A program made the translations under genes and the position numbers. A DNA stretch of 64,000 nt. It comes from Candidatus Omnitrophota bacterium. Its GTDB lineage: Bacteria > Omnitrophota > Gorgyraeia > Zapsychrales > Fredricksoniimonadaceae. Numbering within the stretch: the first letter of the stretch is position 1; the number at the start of each line of letters is the position of its first letter. Positions 17,479 through 27,110 of the stretch are shown piece after piece. The stretch spans positions 82,917-146,916 of the forward strand of contig JBGAJA010000002.1 of assembly GCA_044225175.1 (NCBI GenBank), given 5' to 3'. The notes below the pieces were generated by a model that worked only from the letters and a program-made list of their open reading frames with translations, searched no databases and was not told the origin of the DNA.

Positions 17479-18714
17479 TTACAAAGATTTTTGCAGATCA
17501 GCCATCAAAATAATGGATTCGGCAATGTCTTTCATGGAGCGGCAGGAGTCCATGCTTTTTTTGTGGATGAGTCGATAAGCGGCATCTTCTGAGATTGAGT
17601 TCATCTTCATAATAATCCCTTTGGCACGTTCCACAAGCTTGCGCGTTTCTAAGGCTTCTTTGGCTTTGAGGGCTTCTTCCATGAGCTTGGTGTTTTCAAC
17701 AGCAACGGCTGCTTGATTTGCTACCATTTGCAGAACGTTGACCTCTTCGTCGGAGAAACGGTGCTGTTCTTTGGTGTAGACATTGATAACCCCAATGGCC
17801 TTATCTTTAACTATCATGGGAACAGCTACCATAGATGTTAAACCTTCCTTAACAGCCAAATCTCGATAGGCATACATTTTGTCATTTCTAACATCATAGA
17901 CTGTGATTGGTTTTCGTGTTTTAAGAACTGTGCCGCTTAAGGAAGTCTCTACTTTAATATTAGGTTTCTTTTTATAATCTTCACTCAAAGACTGTGTGGC
18001 TTTAATGACAAGATCGCTTCCTTTATCATCTAAAAGCATGACAGAACAAATCTTGGAATTAAGCATTTCTGCCGTCACAACGACAATCAAATTTAGAATT
18101 TCATCGAGATAGTGTTCGGAAGTGATTGACTGGCTGACTTTAATAAGAGAATCAAATTGCAAAGCTTTCTTTTTGGTTTCATCAAAAAGCCTTGCATGCT
18201 CAATAATGCCTCCCACCTGTTTAGCAATCATTTCAATAAGATTGATGGTGGTCTGGGAATAATCTTGTTCACGTTTATGTTGGACATTGATAACGCCAGT
18301 TGCCTTACCCTTAAAAATAACAGGGACAGAAAGAAACGCTTCATAGCGATCTTCTGGAAGAACATCAAAACTCTTGAAGCGTTGATCTTTGTAGGCTAGT
18401 TTTGAGATGGCGACCGTCTTACTTTCACGAGCTACCCACCCTGTAATTCCTTCCCCGATTTCCAAGTGCACCTTCCCTAACTCTTTAGTGTGAACCGTTT
18501 TGGAAGCCATTAGCACCAAAAATTCTTTCTTATCATCAAAAAGATAGATAAAAACAGAATCTGCCTTAGTCATTTCGGTCACGATTTTAACAATTAATTG
18601 GAGAGTCAGGTGTAAGTCAAGTTCGGAAGAGGCTATATCAACGACTGATCGAAGAACTTTAAGCTCTTCGTTGGAAGAAATATTAAGTGTTTTCTGGGGT
18701 GCCTTATTTTTCAT
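17479..18714 (-). CDS. GAF-GAF-ANTAR RNA-binding antiterminator
   Basis: Two GAF domains (GEGITGWVA..FLSVP..GVINVQ; MVAVPM..IGVINVY..ANQAAVAVEN) and a C-terminal ANTAR domain (ALETRKLVERAKGIIM..EDAAYRLIHKKSMDSCRSMKDIAESII). Likely start at ATG 18714, just after TATAAT. Confidence 0.9.
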   Translation of the reverse strand: MKNKAPQKTLNISSNEELKVLRSVVDIASSELDLHLTLQLIVKIVTEMTKADSVFIYLFDDKKEFLVLMASKTVHTKELGKVHLEIGEGITGWVARESKTVAISKLAYKDQRFKSFDVLPEDRYEAFLSVPVIFKGKATGVINVQHKREQDYSQTTINLIEMIAKQVGGIIEHARLFDETKKKALQFDSLIKVSQSITSEHYLDEILNLIVVVTAEMLNSKICSVMLLDDKGSDLVIKATQSLSEDYKKKPNIKVETSLSGTVLKTRKPITVYDVRNDKMYAYRDLAVKEGLTSMVAVPMIVKDKAIGVINVYTKEQHRFSDEEVNVLQMVANQAAVAVENTKLMEEALKAKEALETRKLVERAKGIIMKMNSISEDAAYRLIHKKSMDSCRSMKDIAESIILMADLQKSL

Positions 18715-18905
18715 GGGGGTTATTATATCCATCGACTCAACTAGACACAACTAGTTTATTACATTGATTAAAAATGATTGCAAACCATTGAAATAAATCG
18801 ATTTATATAAATATTTCTCTTCCTTGACTTGACAATCAGGTGGTTTTTATGGCAGACTTTAAATAGGGATCGCTATAATAACTTTAAAAATTGAGGAGAT
18901 TATTT

Positions 18906-19103
18906 ATGACAAAACTAACTTTTTTACTGACAGCCTTTATTGTAGTAATGTTTAGTTCTCAAAGTTTTGCTGTTCCCCATGTTACTAAATTCTCAGGAAA
19001 GCCATCTCATTTAGGAAGCGCTAAGGCTAATGCAGCCAAGTCCGCTTCACAAGCGTCTAGGTCTTCAAACGCCTCACATATGAGAGCTTCTCCTCATCGT
19101 TAA
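18906..19103 (+). CDS. Small secreted basic protein
   Basis: GAGGAG RBS before ATG 18906; signal peptide ending SFA; followed by a terminator. Confidence 0.6.
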   Translation: MTKLTFLLTAFIVVMFSSQSFAVPHVTKFSGKPSHLGSAKANAAKSASQASRSSNASHMRASPHR

Positions 19104-19117
19104 GCTAAATTTTATAT

Positions 19118-19149
19118 AAACCCCATGGCATCTCCTGTCATGGGGTTTT
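19118..19149 (+). terminator. Intrinsic terminator
   Basis: AAACCCCATGGCA..TGTCATGGGGTTTT. Confidence 0.7.
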
Positions 19150-19255
19150 GCTTTTAACAAATCCTACAATATTCTTGACACTCTTATCTTTGTTTATATA
19201 TTGGATATGTGTTTCAATACTGTGTTCGAATTTACCTTTAGAAAACGACATTTCA

Positions 19256-19783
19256 ATGAATATTCCTGATCTATCTTTTTACTTCTTTGCTGCGATTTTG
19301 GTGTTCGCTAGTTTGTCGGTAGTTGCGGCTCGCAATCCTCTATATAATGTTCTGTCCTTAGTACTTGCAATCTTTTGTCTTTCTTCTTTATTTATTCTCA
19401 TGGAAGCTTATTTCGTAGGCATGATTCTGATTTTGGTCTACGCGGGTGCGGTCTTAGTTTTCTTTTTATTCGTTGTTATGTGCTTAAATTTAAATGCCGC
19501 TGCTATCACATCAGCCAAACAAAACCGCCTTAGACTCTTAGGAAGCCTGGTAGGGGTTGCCTTTCTATTAGAATTTCTTTTAGCCACCAAAAGTTTTATG
19601 GCAGCCCAAAATTTTGGCCCTACTACAGTCCGTGGAACAATTGAGGTGATTGGCAGAATCCTTTTTACAGATTATCTTCTTCCTTTTGAATTAACTTCCC
19701 TTCTCTTATTGATTGCTGTCTTTGGAATTGTATCTTTGGCTCAAGGAGCCTTTAGTACGGGTAAAGAGGTCGAACAATCATGA
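19256..19783 (+). CDS. nuoJ: NADH-quinone oxidoreductase subunit J
   Basis: ILVYAGAVLVFFLFVVM and YLLPFELTSLLLL motifs. Start reassigned to ATG 19256, downstream of TTGACA(19175)-16-TATATT. Confidence 0.92.
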   Translation: MNIPDLSFYFFAAILVFASLSVVAARNPLYNVLSLVLAIFCLSSLFILMEAYFVGMILILVYAGAVLVFFLFVVMCLNLNAAAITSAKQNRLRLLGSLVGVAFLLEFLLATKSFMAAQNFGPTTVRGTIEVIGRILFTDYLLPFELTSLLLLIAVFGIVSLAQGAFSTGKEVEQS

Positions 19784-20082
19784 TCGATATTCAATCTTAC
19801 TTAGTTCTCAGTGGTATTATTTTTGCTATTGGCTTAGTTGGTATTATGACCAGCCGTAGCGTTCTCAAAGTTCTTCTCTCTCTAGAACTTCTTTTGGCTG
19901 CCTCCAATTTATTGTTCGTGGCTTTCTCAAGATTTAATGGCGACTATGCGGGACAGTTGATTGTGTTCTTTGTCATTTTGGTTGCCGCAGCCGAAGTGGC
20001 TATCGGTTTGGCCATCATTGTTTTGATGTATCGCCGTTTAAACACGATTCAAGCCGATGAATTAAAGGAAATGAAATGGTAA
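19780..20082 (+). CDS. nuoK: NADH-quinone oxidoreductase subunit K
   Basis: SLELLL and VAAAEVAIGLAI motifs. Confidence 0.95.
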   Translation: MIDIQSYLVLSGIIFAIGLVGIMTSRSVLKVLLSLELLLAASNLLFVAFSRFNGDYAGQLIVFFVILVAAAEVAIGLAIIVLMYRRLNTIQADELKEMKW

Positions 20083-21920
20083 ATCCTTGTTTAGTTTGGA
20101 CCTCTTATTTTGCGCCCCTGGTTGCTTGCATTATCATCACTTTGTTTTTCCTGCGTAATAAAAATCTAAGCTCATTGACCGCCATTGCCGGAATCTTGAC
20201 ATCCTTTATTTGCACAGTTTTAACAGCCATTCAAATTTTTAGCAGTCATCCTGCTTTAGAAGTCCAGCAATCCTTCACATGGATTCAGTTTGATCAGTTA
20301 ACCATTAACTTTGGGTTCTTAGTCAATCCTTTGGCCATTATGATGATGATGGTTGTCACAGGGGTTGGCAGTGCGATTTTCATTTATTCCCGCGGATACA
20401 TGGCTGATGATGAAAGCATGCCTCGCTTCTTTGCTTTCTTGAGTCTCTTTGCCTTTTCCATGATCGGCATTGTCTTATCTAATAATCTTATTCAATTATT
20501 TATCTTCTGGGAATTGGTTGGGTTAAGCTCCTATTTACTTATTAGCTTCTGGTATCAAAAGCCTTCTGCCGCTGATGCGGGGGTCAAAGCTTTCATGGTC
20601 AATCGCTTGGCTGATTTTGGTTTCTTGTGCGGCATTCTTCTTCTTTGGAGTCTTTCAGGGGTAGGTGGTGCACCGCGCAGTTTTCAAATCACAGATTTAG
20701 CATCTTGTGTCTCTGGCATGGATCCACATTTGCTTGGCATTGCCGCTTTACTACTCTTTTGCGGGGTCATGGGTAAATCAGCCCAAGTGCCTTTGCATGT
20801 GTGGCTGGTGGATGCTATGGAAGGTCCGACACCTGTGAGCGCCTTAATCCATGCGGCAACGATGGTGGCCGCTGGCGTATACTTACTGGCCCGTACATTC
20901 TTTATCTTTGAACCTTTGCATGATGCCTTAACCGTGATTGCTTATGTGGGTGGTTTTACAGCTTTGATGGCAGCTACCTTAGCTGTGGCTGAAAATGATA
21001 TTAAAAGAATCTTGGCTTATTCAACGCTTAGCCAATTAGGGTTGATGGTCATGGCTTTAGGTTTAGCTGGTCCTGTGCAAGGGATGTTTCACTTAACAAC
21101 CCATGCCTTCTTTAAGGCTTTGTTGTTCTTAGGCGCAGGCAGCGTGATCTACGGGCTTCATCACGAACAAAATATTTGGAAGATGAAAGGCGTGCTTTCA
21201 ACCATGCCTATTACAGGGATTACCTTCTTAATTGGCACATTGGCTTTAGCGGGCATCTTTCCTTTAAGTGGTTTCTGGAGTAAAGATGAGATATTAGCCT
21301 TGGCCCGTGAACATAACACATTGCTTTATGGCATGGCCTCCTTAGCTTCATTCCTCACAGCCTTCTATATGGGCCGCTTGTTCTTTATCGCTTTCTGGGG
21401 TAAACCTGCCCCTCACGATCACACCCATGAATCACCTGCTGTGATGACTTTACCTTTGATTTTTTTAGCCATTCTGTCGGTCATTGGCGGTGTTATTGGT
21501 ATTCCTCATTACATTTTCCCGGATCATGAAGCAGAATCCTTAAACATGCAAGTGGCTATCGTCTCTTCTGTGATTGCTGTTCTTGGACTTGCCATTTCCT
21601 ATGCTTTGTATGGCAAACGTCCAAACGTGGATCCTTTGGAAAAAGGTCTGGGCGGATTTTATTTAGTCTTAAAGAACAAATATTATTTCGATACTGTCTA
21701 TGGATGGTACGTTGATTACGTGCAACAAGGATTTGCCCTGGCATTAGCTTGGTTTGAGAGAATATTCATTGTTCGCTTAGGCGTGCATGGTATGGAAACA
21801 TTAGCTAAGGCAAGCGGCAAAGCATTACGGTTCTTACAAACCGGATTTGTACAGTTTTATGCCTTAGTGTTTATCTTTGGTGTAGTGTATTTATTTTATG
21901 TGATGGTTAAAGGCTTATGA
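20076..21920 (+). CDS. nuoL: NADH-quinone oxidoreductase subunit L
   Basis: GKSAQVPLHVWLVDAMEGPTPVSALIHAATMV and THAFFKALLFL motifs. Confidence 0.96.
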   Translation: MVNPCLVWTSYFAPLVACIIITLFFLRNKNLSSLTAIAGILTSFICTVLTAIQIFSSHPALEVQQSFTWIQFDQLTINFGFLVNPLAIMMMMVVTGVGSAIFIYSRGYMADDESMPRFFAFLSLFAFSMIGIVLSNNLIQLFIFWELVGLSSYLLISFWYQKPSAADAGVKAFMVNRLADFGFLCGILLLWSLSGVGGAPRSFQITDLASCVSGMDPHLLGIAALLLFCGVMGKSAQVPLHVWLVDAMEGPTPVSALIHAATMVAAGVYLLARTFFIFEPLHDALTVIAYVGGFTALMAATLAVAENDIKRILAYSTLSQLGLMVMALGLAGPVQGMFHLTTHAFFKALLFLGAGSVIYGLHHEQNIWKMKGVLSTMPITGITFLIGTLALAGIFPLSGFWSKDEILALAREHNTLLYGMASLASFLTAFYMGRLFFIAFWGKPAPHDHTHESPAVMTLPLIFLAILSVIGGVIGIPHYIFPDHEAESLNMQVAIVSSVIAVLGLAISYALYGKRPNVDPLEKGLGGFYLVLKNKYYFDTVYGWYVDYVQQGFALALAWFERIFIVRLGVHGMETLAKASGKALRFLQTGFVQFYALVFIFGVVYLFYVMVKGL

Positions 21921-23395
21921 TTCCAAACATTCTTTCCTTGATTCTCTTAACTCCCGTCGTGGGATTAGCTTTGCTTTTTTTAATTCCTTCCCAAAAGACG
22001 GATTTGATTCGTAAGGTGAGCTTTTGGGCTACATTTATTCCCTTTGCTTTATCTGTGTATGTCTTTGCTTCCTATAATCCCTACTTAGGCGGTTATCAAT
22101 TTATTGAGATGATTCCTTGGGTCACTCCGTTAGGAATCTCCTACCACCTGGGGGTAGATGGCATTAACTCTATGCTTTTAGTCCTCTTAGGTGTTGCTTC
22201 GTTTACCTCGGTCATGGTGAGTGGCAATATCAAGGATCGCATCAAAGAATATTTCATCATGCTTATGTTAATTGTGATTGGCACATATGGCGCCTTCTTA
22301 TCCGTCGATATGTTCTTCTTTTATTTCTTCCACGAAATTGCTGCCATTCCAGTATTCTTGATGATTGCTATCTATGGTTCCCAGCGCCGTGATTATGCTG
22401 CCATGAAGCTTACCCTCTATTTAACTGCTGGCGCATCTTTGGCCTTGATTGGTTTGATTGCTCTTTATCTAAAGGTAGGTATTGGAAGCTTTGATTTGAT
22501 CGCGATCCAAGAGCATTTGGTCAACAATCCTATTCCTATTGCTGTTCAGCATTGGATCTTTCCTTTAATTGTGATCGGATTTGGCATCACATTAACCTTG
22601 TTCCCCTTTCATACATGGGCTCCCGTCGGATATGCAGAAGCACCGACCGCTGTCAGTATGCTGCACGCAGGTGTCCTTAAGAAAATGGGCGCTTATGCCA
22701 TCATCCGTTTTGCCATTCAATTAATGCCGGAAGCGGCCCACACATGGATGCCCATTATTGCTGTCTTGGCTGTCGTTAACATACTCTTTTGCGGTTTGGT
22801 TGCCCTCACCCAGCGCGATATCAAATACATTTTAGGATATTCCAGCTGCAGCCATATGGGCTATATCTTGCTTGGGCTTGCTTGCTATAACGTGATTGGA
22901 CTCAATGGGGTCGTCTTTATGATGTTTGCCCACGGCATTATGGCTACCCTAGCCTTCGCCTTAACAGGATTTATTGAAAACCAAACCAAAACACGAAACT
23001 TAGATGAATTGGGTGGAATCGCCAAACGCCTTCCTTTTATTTCCACATGTTTCATTATGGTTGCCTTAGCATCCGCTGGCGTTCCTGGATTTGCGAATTT
23101 TGTTTCTGAACTTTTAGTGTTATTAGGCGCATGGGACCAATACCGTTGGTTAACGGTCCTTGGCGTTCTTGGGATTGTTCTGGGCGCCATCTACATGCTT
23201 AAGATTATTCGTTTAGCTTTGCAAGGACCGTTAGGCCCTGGCATGGACAAATTAGTGGATGCCAAAGGCTTAGTGGCCAAGTTTCCATATGTACTATTAC
23301 TAGGAATTTTAATTTGGGTAGGCTGCTTTCCCTCAACATTGATTAAACATATTGAGACAAGCACCAAACCTGTAGCAGTTATATTGCAGAAATAA
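21917..23395 (+). CDS. nuoM: NADH-quinone oxidoreductase subunit M
   Basis: LGVDG, PFHTWAP..EAPT and YSSCSHMG motifs; operon position. Confidence 0.94.
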   Translation: MIPNILSLILLTPVVGLALLFLIPSQKTDLIRKVSFWATFIPFALSVYVFASYNPYLGGYQFIEMIPWVTPLGISYHLGVDGINSMLLVLLGVASFTSVMVSGNIKDRIKEYFIMLMLIVIGTYGAFLSVDMFFFYFFHEIAAIPVFLMIAIYGSQRRDYAAMKLTLYLTAGASLALIGLIALYLKVGIGSFDLIAIQEHLVNNPIPIAVQHWIFPLIVIGFGITLTLFPFHTWAPVGYAEAPTAVSMLHAGVLKKMGAYAIIRFAIQLMPEAAHTWMPIIAVLAVVNILFCGLVALTQRDIKYILGYSSCSHMGYILLGLACYNVIGLNGVVFMMFAHGIMATLAFALTGFIENQTKTRNLDELGGIAKRLPFISTCFIMVALASAGVPGFANFVSELLVLLGAWDQYRWLTVLGVLGIVLGAIYMLKIIRLALQGPLGPGMDKLVDAKGLVAKFPYVLLLGILIWVGCFPSTLIKHIETSTKPVAVILQK

Positions 23396-23400
23396 TACCC

Positions 23401-23429
23401 GTAGGGGGCACGGCATGCCGTGCCCGTAC
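23401..23429. repeat. REP-like palindrome between nuoM and nuoN
   Basis: GTAGGGGGCACGGCATGCCGTGCCCGTAC. Confidence 0.75.
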
Positions 23430-23447
23430 TGTACAGAAAGAATACAC

Positions 23448-24893
23448 ATGTTCCCCGTCATCGATTGGAATTTATTTTCTTTAGAAGCTTTAATCACAAG
23501 CATCCTTGTTGGCTTAGTGATTATTGAAATGTTCCTGCCTAAGGATGAACGCCAGGATGTCATTGGCATCTTAAGTGTGATCAGCACCGTCGGACTACTT
23601 GCCTTTTGGTTGACCCAACAAAATTTAGCTGGTATCACATTCAGCGGCATGTTTGTGATGGATTCATTGGCCTGGTTCTTTAAGGCTTTCTTCTTAGTTG
23701 CCATGATTTTTATCTTTGGCATGACACAGCATTTCTTTAAATCTTTAGATGGCAGACGCAATGAATTCTATTTGCTACTGTGGCTGGCTTTGCTGGGTAT
23801 GTGCTTGGTGGCCTCATCCGCAGACTTCCTGATGGTGTTTATCTCTATTGAGATTCTAACGATTTCTTTGTATGTCATGACTGCCTATTTGAAAAGCGAC
23901 AAGCTTTCGATTGAAGCTGGGATGAAATATTTGATTTTAGGTGCCCTTTCTTCAGGTTTTTTACTTTATGGTATTAGCTTCTTATACGGGGCAACCCAGT
24001 CAACCAACTTCCTTACCATCCTAAATTACGTTCAAACACATGCCATGAATCCCATGATGCTCTTTGGTTTAGTGCTTGTCTTTGCAGGGGTTGGTTTTAA
24101 GATTGCAGCGGTCCCCTTTCATATGTGGGCCCCCGATGTTTATCAAGGCGCTCCAGCTCCGGTTACTGCCTTATTGTCGGTGGGATCTAAAGCTGCAGGA
24201 TTTGTGATTTTGATTCGTTTATTCTTCGGTATCTTAGAGCCCTGGCATCCTCAATGGAGCATGGTCTTAGCTGTTTTAGCGGCTATCAGCATGACATACG
24301 GCAACCTGGTCGCCATGTTTCAAACCAATATCAAACGTGTCTTTGGTTATTCAAGTATTGCGCATGCCGGATATCTATTAATGGGTGCTGCGGCAGGAAG
24401 CGCGCTCGGTGCAACCGCCATGAATTACTATTTGCTGGGATATTTATTTACAAATCTTGCTGCATTTACCGTGATCGTTATATTCTTTGTGGCAACCAAA
24501 TCTGATGAAATTGATGACTATGCCGGACTTGCCAAACGCTCCGCCATCTTAGGAACAACACTACTTTTAGCACTCGTTTCTTTGGCTGGCATTCCACCCT
24601 TAGCAGGCTTCTTCGGTAAATTCACATTACTCATGGCAACTGTCCAAGCCGGTTTCGTCTGGTTAGCCCTAGTTGCCGCGGTCAATATCGTCATTTCCCT
24701 CTACTACTACATGACAATCGCCAAACGCATGTACGTCGATGCACCAAAAACTAACACCCCCATCATCGTCTCTCCCATGATGCGTATCCTATTAATCCTC
24801 GCCATGACCGGAATCATAGTCATCGGCATCTTCCAAGGCCCCTTCACCGACGCCGCCCTTACTGCAGTCCAAGGAATGTACCTGCACCCTTAA
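23448..24893 (+). CDS. nuoN: NADH-quinone oxidoreductase subunit N
   Basis: EAGMKYLILG, FKIAAVPFHMWAPDVYQGAP and YSSIAHAGY motifs. Start reassigned to 23448 because the upstream ATG lies inside a REP. Confidence 0.95.
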   Translation: MFPVIDWNLFSLEALITSILVGLVIIEMFLPKDERQDVIGILSVISTVGLLAFWLTQQNLAGITFSGMFVMDSLAWFFKAFFLVAMIFIFGMTQHFFKSLDGRRNEFYLLLWLALLGMCLVASSADFLMVFISIEILTISLYVMTAYLKSDKLSIEAGMKYLILGALSSGFLLYGISFLYGATQSTNFLTILNYVQTHAMNPMMLFGLVLVFAGVGFKIAAVPFHMWAPDVYQGAPAPVTALLSVGSKAAGFVILIRLFFGILEPWHPQWSMVLAVLAAISMTYGNLVAMFQTNIKRVFGYSSIAHAGYLLMGAAAGSALGATAMNYYLLGYLFTNLAAFTVIVIFFVATKSDEIDDYAGLAKRSAILGTTLLLALVSLAGIPPLAGFFGKFTLLMATVQAGFVWLALVAAVNIVISLYYYMTIAKRMYVDAPKTNTPIIVSPMMRILLILAMTGIIVIGIFQGPFTDAALTAVQGMYLHP

Positions 24894-24912
24894 AAATCAA
24901 TATTTCCTATTT

Positions 24913-24936
24913 GGGTTTGATGAATCAAACCCCTAC
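24913..24936. repeat. REP palindrome overlapping the RAYT stop codon
   Basis: GGGTTTGATGAATCAAACCCCTAC; a second copy lies inside the gene at 25199-25222. Confidence 0.7.
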
Positions 24937-25466
24937 GGATTTACATTATTTGGATCTGTTTCCCACATTTGAGGATTATTAATAATGTATTGCCGTATCT
25001 GCATTAATTCTTTTTCATGACGAATGATATGTTCATAATAATTACGTTGCCATGCAAATGTGCTATTTTTAGCGTGAATTAATTTTGTGGTTTTCGCCTT
25101 AAAATGTCTAATAATTTTCCCTAACGAAACATCGTGTTGTTGCATCAATCGCCATGATTCCGTAGGGGCATGATTTATCATGCCCTTATGAATGTCTTGG
25201 GTTTGATGAATCAAAACTCTACGGATTTCAATAATTCCATGAATATGATTTGGCATAACTACAAACGTATCCATATAAATTGGATAATGTTTTGGTAATT
25301 GATCCCAAACTGATTGCACCATTTGGCCGGAATCATTTAAAATCATGCGCTCATTAATAATCTGACCAAATAAATGCATCCGGTAATTTACACATATGGT
25401 CAAAAAATAATAACCCGCAGATGAATAATCATATCCTTTCAAGCGTAATGAACTTCTTTTGGGCAT
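24933..25466 (-). mobile_element. REP-associated tyrosine transposase (RAYT, IS200/Y1 HUH family)
   Basis: RLKGYDYS..YFLTIC, VVMPNHIHGI (HUH), WQRNYYEHIIR and YIINNP (catalytic Tyr); REPs flank the gene and lie inside it. Confidence 0.9.
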
Positions 25467-25664
25467 AACGATATCTCTTTCTTATCAATGGAATAGTTGT
25501 ACACACATTGTGGAAGATTTGTGACGCACTGCGTCACAAATTGACAAATAATACTTTCTATTATGTCTTAAAGGGGATTTTGGAAACTACTTCCGATGGG
25601 GAATCGGATGAAACAAAGAAATCTTAATCTCACTTAATTAGAATGTCAAGACCATTAGAAACGC

Positions 25665-26438
25665 CTATTTGCTATAGTCCTGCCAAATAAGCTCTAGGGT
25701 TTCGGCGGATTTTTGGGGGATTTGGATGTTGACTTGGTTGCTGATGATGGTTGGGACGGGGTTGATTTCGATGGTGAGGGAGTTGTCGGCTTGGGCGATT
25801 TGTAGGGGTTGTTGGATGTAGGGGAAGACAGCGGTTGTGCCGATCCATAGATAGACGTCGAAGCCTTGGCGTAGTTGTTGTTGGTAGAGCATGAGTTCGT
25901 GGGTGGGAAGCATTTCTCCAAAGAAGACTACATCTGGCCTGGCTATGCGGGCACAATCCTTGCAGGTAGGGGGGATTGAGATTTCTTCGAAGCTTTCAAT
26001 GGTAGTTCTCCAGCCGCATACAGGGCAGCGCAGTCTGTGCATGTTGCCGTGAATTTCAATCACATTCTTAGAACCTGCTTTGGTGTGAAATCCATCGATG
26101 TTTTGAGTCAAAATCCAAAAACGCTCAAAGCGTTGTTCCATAAGGGCCAGGATTTCATGGCCGCGATTAAAGGACACTTTACGGCAATTGTTTTCAATTT
26201 GGGACAAATATTTCCAGGTAAGCTTTGGATTGCTGTGAATCATCTGGCCCGAAAGCACCATTTCAATTGGAATGCCATCTTCGGTTTGGCTGTCTTGATA
26301 AAGCCCTCCTAAACCTCGATAAGTAGGAAGCCCTGAATCCGCCGACATCCCAGCGCCTGTGATGCACAAAACACTCTTTGCATCTTTAAGACTATTAACA
26401 ACATTCTTTAGCCATGGAAGAGATGGATTTGCATTCAT
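25665..26438 (-). CDS. cobB: NAD-dependent protein deacylase (sirtuin)
   Basis: TGAGMSADSGLPTYRG, TQNIDGFH, IHG, CxxC..CxxC, RPDVVFFGE and IEINP motifs. Confidence 0.9.
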   Translation of the reverse strand: MNANPSLPWLKNVVNSLKDAKSVLCITGAGMSADSGLPTYRGLGGLYQDSQTEDGIPIEMVLSGQMIHSNPKLTWKYLSQIENNCRKVSFNRGHEILALMEQRFERFWILTQNIDGFHTKAGSKNVIEIHGNMHRLRCPVCGWRTTIESFEEISIPPTCKDCARIARPDVVFFGEMLPTHELMLYQQQLRQGFDVYLWIGTTAVFPYIQQPLQIAQADNSLTIEINPVPTIISNQVNIQIPQKSAETLELIWQDYSK

Positions 26439-26474
26439 GATCTCAAAATCTCATATATGCTCTACATTGTCAAA

Positions 26475-27110
26475 TTAACCGCTGCATTTCTTTTTTAAGT
26501 TCTTCTTCACTTGGCAGATATAGTTTATAACGCGAAGCAAAAATCTGTTTGTTCTTCACAGACCTGTAAACTCTAGAACATACGGATCTTTGATCATATC
26601 TTGATAGGTATTTAATTCGTGTCCCTTCTGAGCCAATTTCATAATCCCTTTCTTATCTCTACTTAATGCAAGACGTTCAAAAAGAGAAGATCCTTTTTGG
26701 CGTTCTAGTTCCCGAGATGACCAATTATTCTTAATGCATTCAATCTCATAAAATGAACGTGCCTCTGGTCTATCAATGCACATAAGAATGCGATGATGAG
26801 TCCATGTCAATTCGAGACGCAGTGCGTCTCGAATTGGATAAATTAAATAGAATTGTCGAATCTTCCTTAAATTTGTTTCATCATACCCTTCTCCAAAGTC
26901 AATCTTCAAACGCATAGCTAACTTTTCGAGAAGATTCTTTCCATATTCTGCCCTGCCTTTTCCTTTCTGCTCTTCTTCAACAATCTCCTTCCCAATTTGC
27001 CAATAAGTTTGAACCATCTCACTATTCACCGAAAGCATGATGTTTGCGCGCGCATGTTCAATAATGTTGTGGATTCGATTATAAATATTCTTAGAAGCTG
27101 TTTTAGACAT
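26475..27110 (-). pseudogene. YhcG/DUF1016 family gene with an internal deletion
   Basis: The N-terminal domain (YWQIGKEI, WSSRELERQ, IKDPYVLEF) stops at 26556. The family-like extreme C-terminus (KNKQIFASRYKLYLPSEEELKK*) follows immediately in another frame. The nuclease domain is missing. Confidence 0.8.

Noticed and set aside
19148-19255. N-terminal extension of NuoJ
   Set aside because: It spans the terminator end and the promoter; ATG 19256 fits normal NuoJ length.
23415-23447. CPYC motif at the start of the NuoN ORF
   Set aside because: It is a translation of the REP palindrome; the real start is probably 23448.
25672-25956. Pro/Thr/His-rich ORFs overlapping the 3' end of the sirtuin gene
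   Set aside because: Off-frame products of C-rich codon usage within cobB.
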